This document shows, in pieces, positions 62,541 to 64,000 of a stretch of 64,000 bases of DNA (position 1 is its first letter; each line of letters starts with the position of its first letter). The translations under genes and the position numbers were made by a program. This stretch comes from Squalus acanthias (lineage: Eukaryota): contig CM059433.1 in assembly GCA_030390025.1 (NCBI GenBank), positions 10,480,001 to 10,544,000 of the forward strand, given 5' to 3'. The notes beneath the pieces are model-generated. The model worked only from the letters and a program-made list of their open reading frames with translations, was not told the origin of the DNA and did no database searches.

Positions 62541-63565
62541 TGAAACTTGAAAACAGAAAAAGATCTGCAGAAACGCATTATTTTTTCCTCTCAGTTTTCT
62601 GTCCGTAACCTTTTTACAACTGGAGACTCTGACTTGTGCGGGGAGTGGCTCCACGAATGCTCTGCTACCTCAGTCAAGCGGCCGTTCTTCAAAGGGGTTG
62701 TTTTCTGACGTTGTGCTCCAGAAAATAGTTAGCAAGTCGTGGCCAAATTTGCAGTCCTCAACGCTGGTCCGTGAGGCTCTCTGCTGGGTGTGTATTATTA
62801 GAAGATTACCCCTCATGTGTTAGCCTAGACACCAACGCCCCAAAAATCCACGATCCCGCCCTGGCACCATAACAATGGCAGAGCAGGACTTCGGTTTGGA
62901 CAAATAGCAAACTGTCTGATCCTGTCGGATTTCCAAGGGGGTCAGGCAATTTGAATATTTTTGACGGGGACTTGTGTGAGTATTAGTGCGACTGGGGCAT
63001 CCTAATGTGGGATATCAGCAAAATGAAGTGCTGGCCAGCTGCTTGTGGGTAAAACAGGCAGGTCCGGCTGAAGACAAACCTGAAACCCACCTGTTTATAG
63101 CAAGGCTGGTTTTATTAGTGCCCGCTTTACAGCTTGAAACAGTCTCGAGGGCCCCCATTATGCCAGTGCCGGTATCGTACGCCCTCCTCTTGCAATTGCA
63201 CTGTAAATTGGAGACACTTAAGGTGGTACTGTGGGAATCCTGGCAGATGATGCCATTCTGCCAGTCCATCCTCCATTAGTGATGCCAGCCTACAAGAGAT
63301 AGACACAATAACGGCTCACCCCGCCCCCATTGGCTCCCACCCCAATTCCCAACATTAAATGACTATGTCCGCCCCGGACGCAGTCCCAATCTGCCAGTAA
63401 GTACGCAGATTTTCAGGGCCTGAATGCCAAGACGTCTATCCCTGTTCCCATCCTCACACAATGCCCACACATGGACAATTTTCAGCCAAGGTCACTGGCT
63501 GTTTTTTCTCCCACTCTCAAGTGCACTAAAGCCAACTATGCACCTGCAGGGACACTGAAGCAAGA

Positions 63566-63905
63566 ATGTACATATACACGCGTATACATGTGCGTGTGTA
63601 CGTATGTGCCTGTGCATGTGTGCGTGTGCGTGTGCATGTGCGTGTGTACGGTGCCTTTGTACGTGTGCATGTGTACGGTGCGTGTATGTGTGTGTTCGGT
63701 GCGTGTATGTGTGTGTGCATGTGTACGGTGCGTGTACGTGTGTGTTCGGTGCGTGTATGTGTGTGCATGTGCGTGTGTACAGTGCATGTACGTGTGCATG
63801 TGTATGGTGCGTGTACATGTGTGTGCATGTGCATGTGTACAGTGCGTGTACGTGTGCGTGTGCGTGTGTTCGGTGCGTGCATGTGTGTGTACGTGTGCGT
63901 GTGGG
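63566..63905. repeat. compound (GT)n/GTAC/GCAT alternating purine-pyrimidine microsatellite
   Basis: Directly visible low-complexity tract. Confidence 0.95.
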
Positions 63906-64000
63906 AGAGAAGGCAAAAGACAAAATATAGCTTTTGCACTGGTGTGCAGAAAGAACAGCGACACTTGTTTGCCTTATAAACTACATCAGTATTGTCACGA

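Noticed and set aside
63492..63979. Several His/Thr- or Val/Cys-rich ORFs
   Set aside because: These are translations of a microsatellite.

Overview
This is eukaryotic, repeat-dominated DNA, and I found no convincing host protein-coding exon, so it is probably intronic or intergenic. The repeat complement points to a cartilaginous fish, most likely a shark (inference): many CR1 LINEs, L2, RTE, Tx1-like L1, Penelope-type ends, an HE1-like V-SINE, SacSINE1-like Deu-domain SINEs, and PIF/Harbinger elements with their MITEs. Main contents: (1) A near-intact full-length CR1 (8263-13357, minus) with a zinc-finger/SGNH-esterase ORF1, a TAATG-coupled ORF2, and a 5' UTR built from tandem TATA-bearing monomers and splice-donor arrays. 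(2) A two-gene Harbinger family with a HARBI1-type transposase facing a three-exon Myb/SANT gene, present as a near-complete copy, a deletion derivative and a MITE, plus other 3-bp-TSD MITEs. (3) Minimal hammerhead ribozyme motifs in Penelope-type ends, including one complete fold at 42421-42459. (4) A histone H2B pseudogene split by a CR1 insertion. Repeat boundaries were read by eye and are approximate unless TIR/TSD positions are stated. Family names come from recalled motifs, not from database searches.
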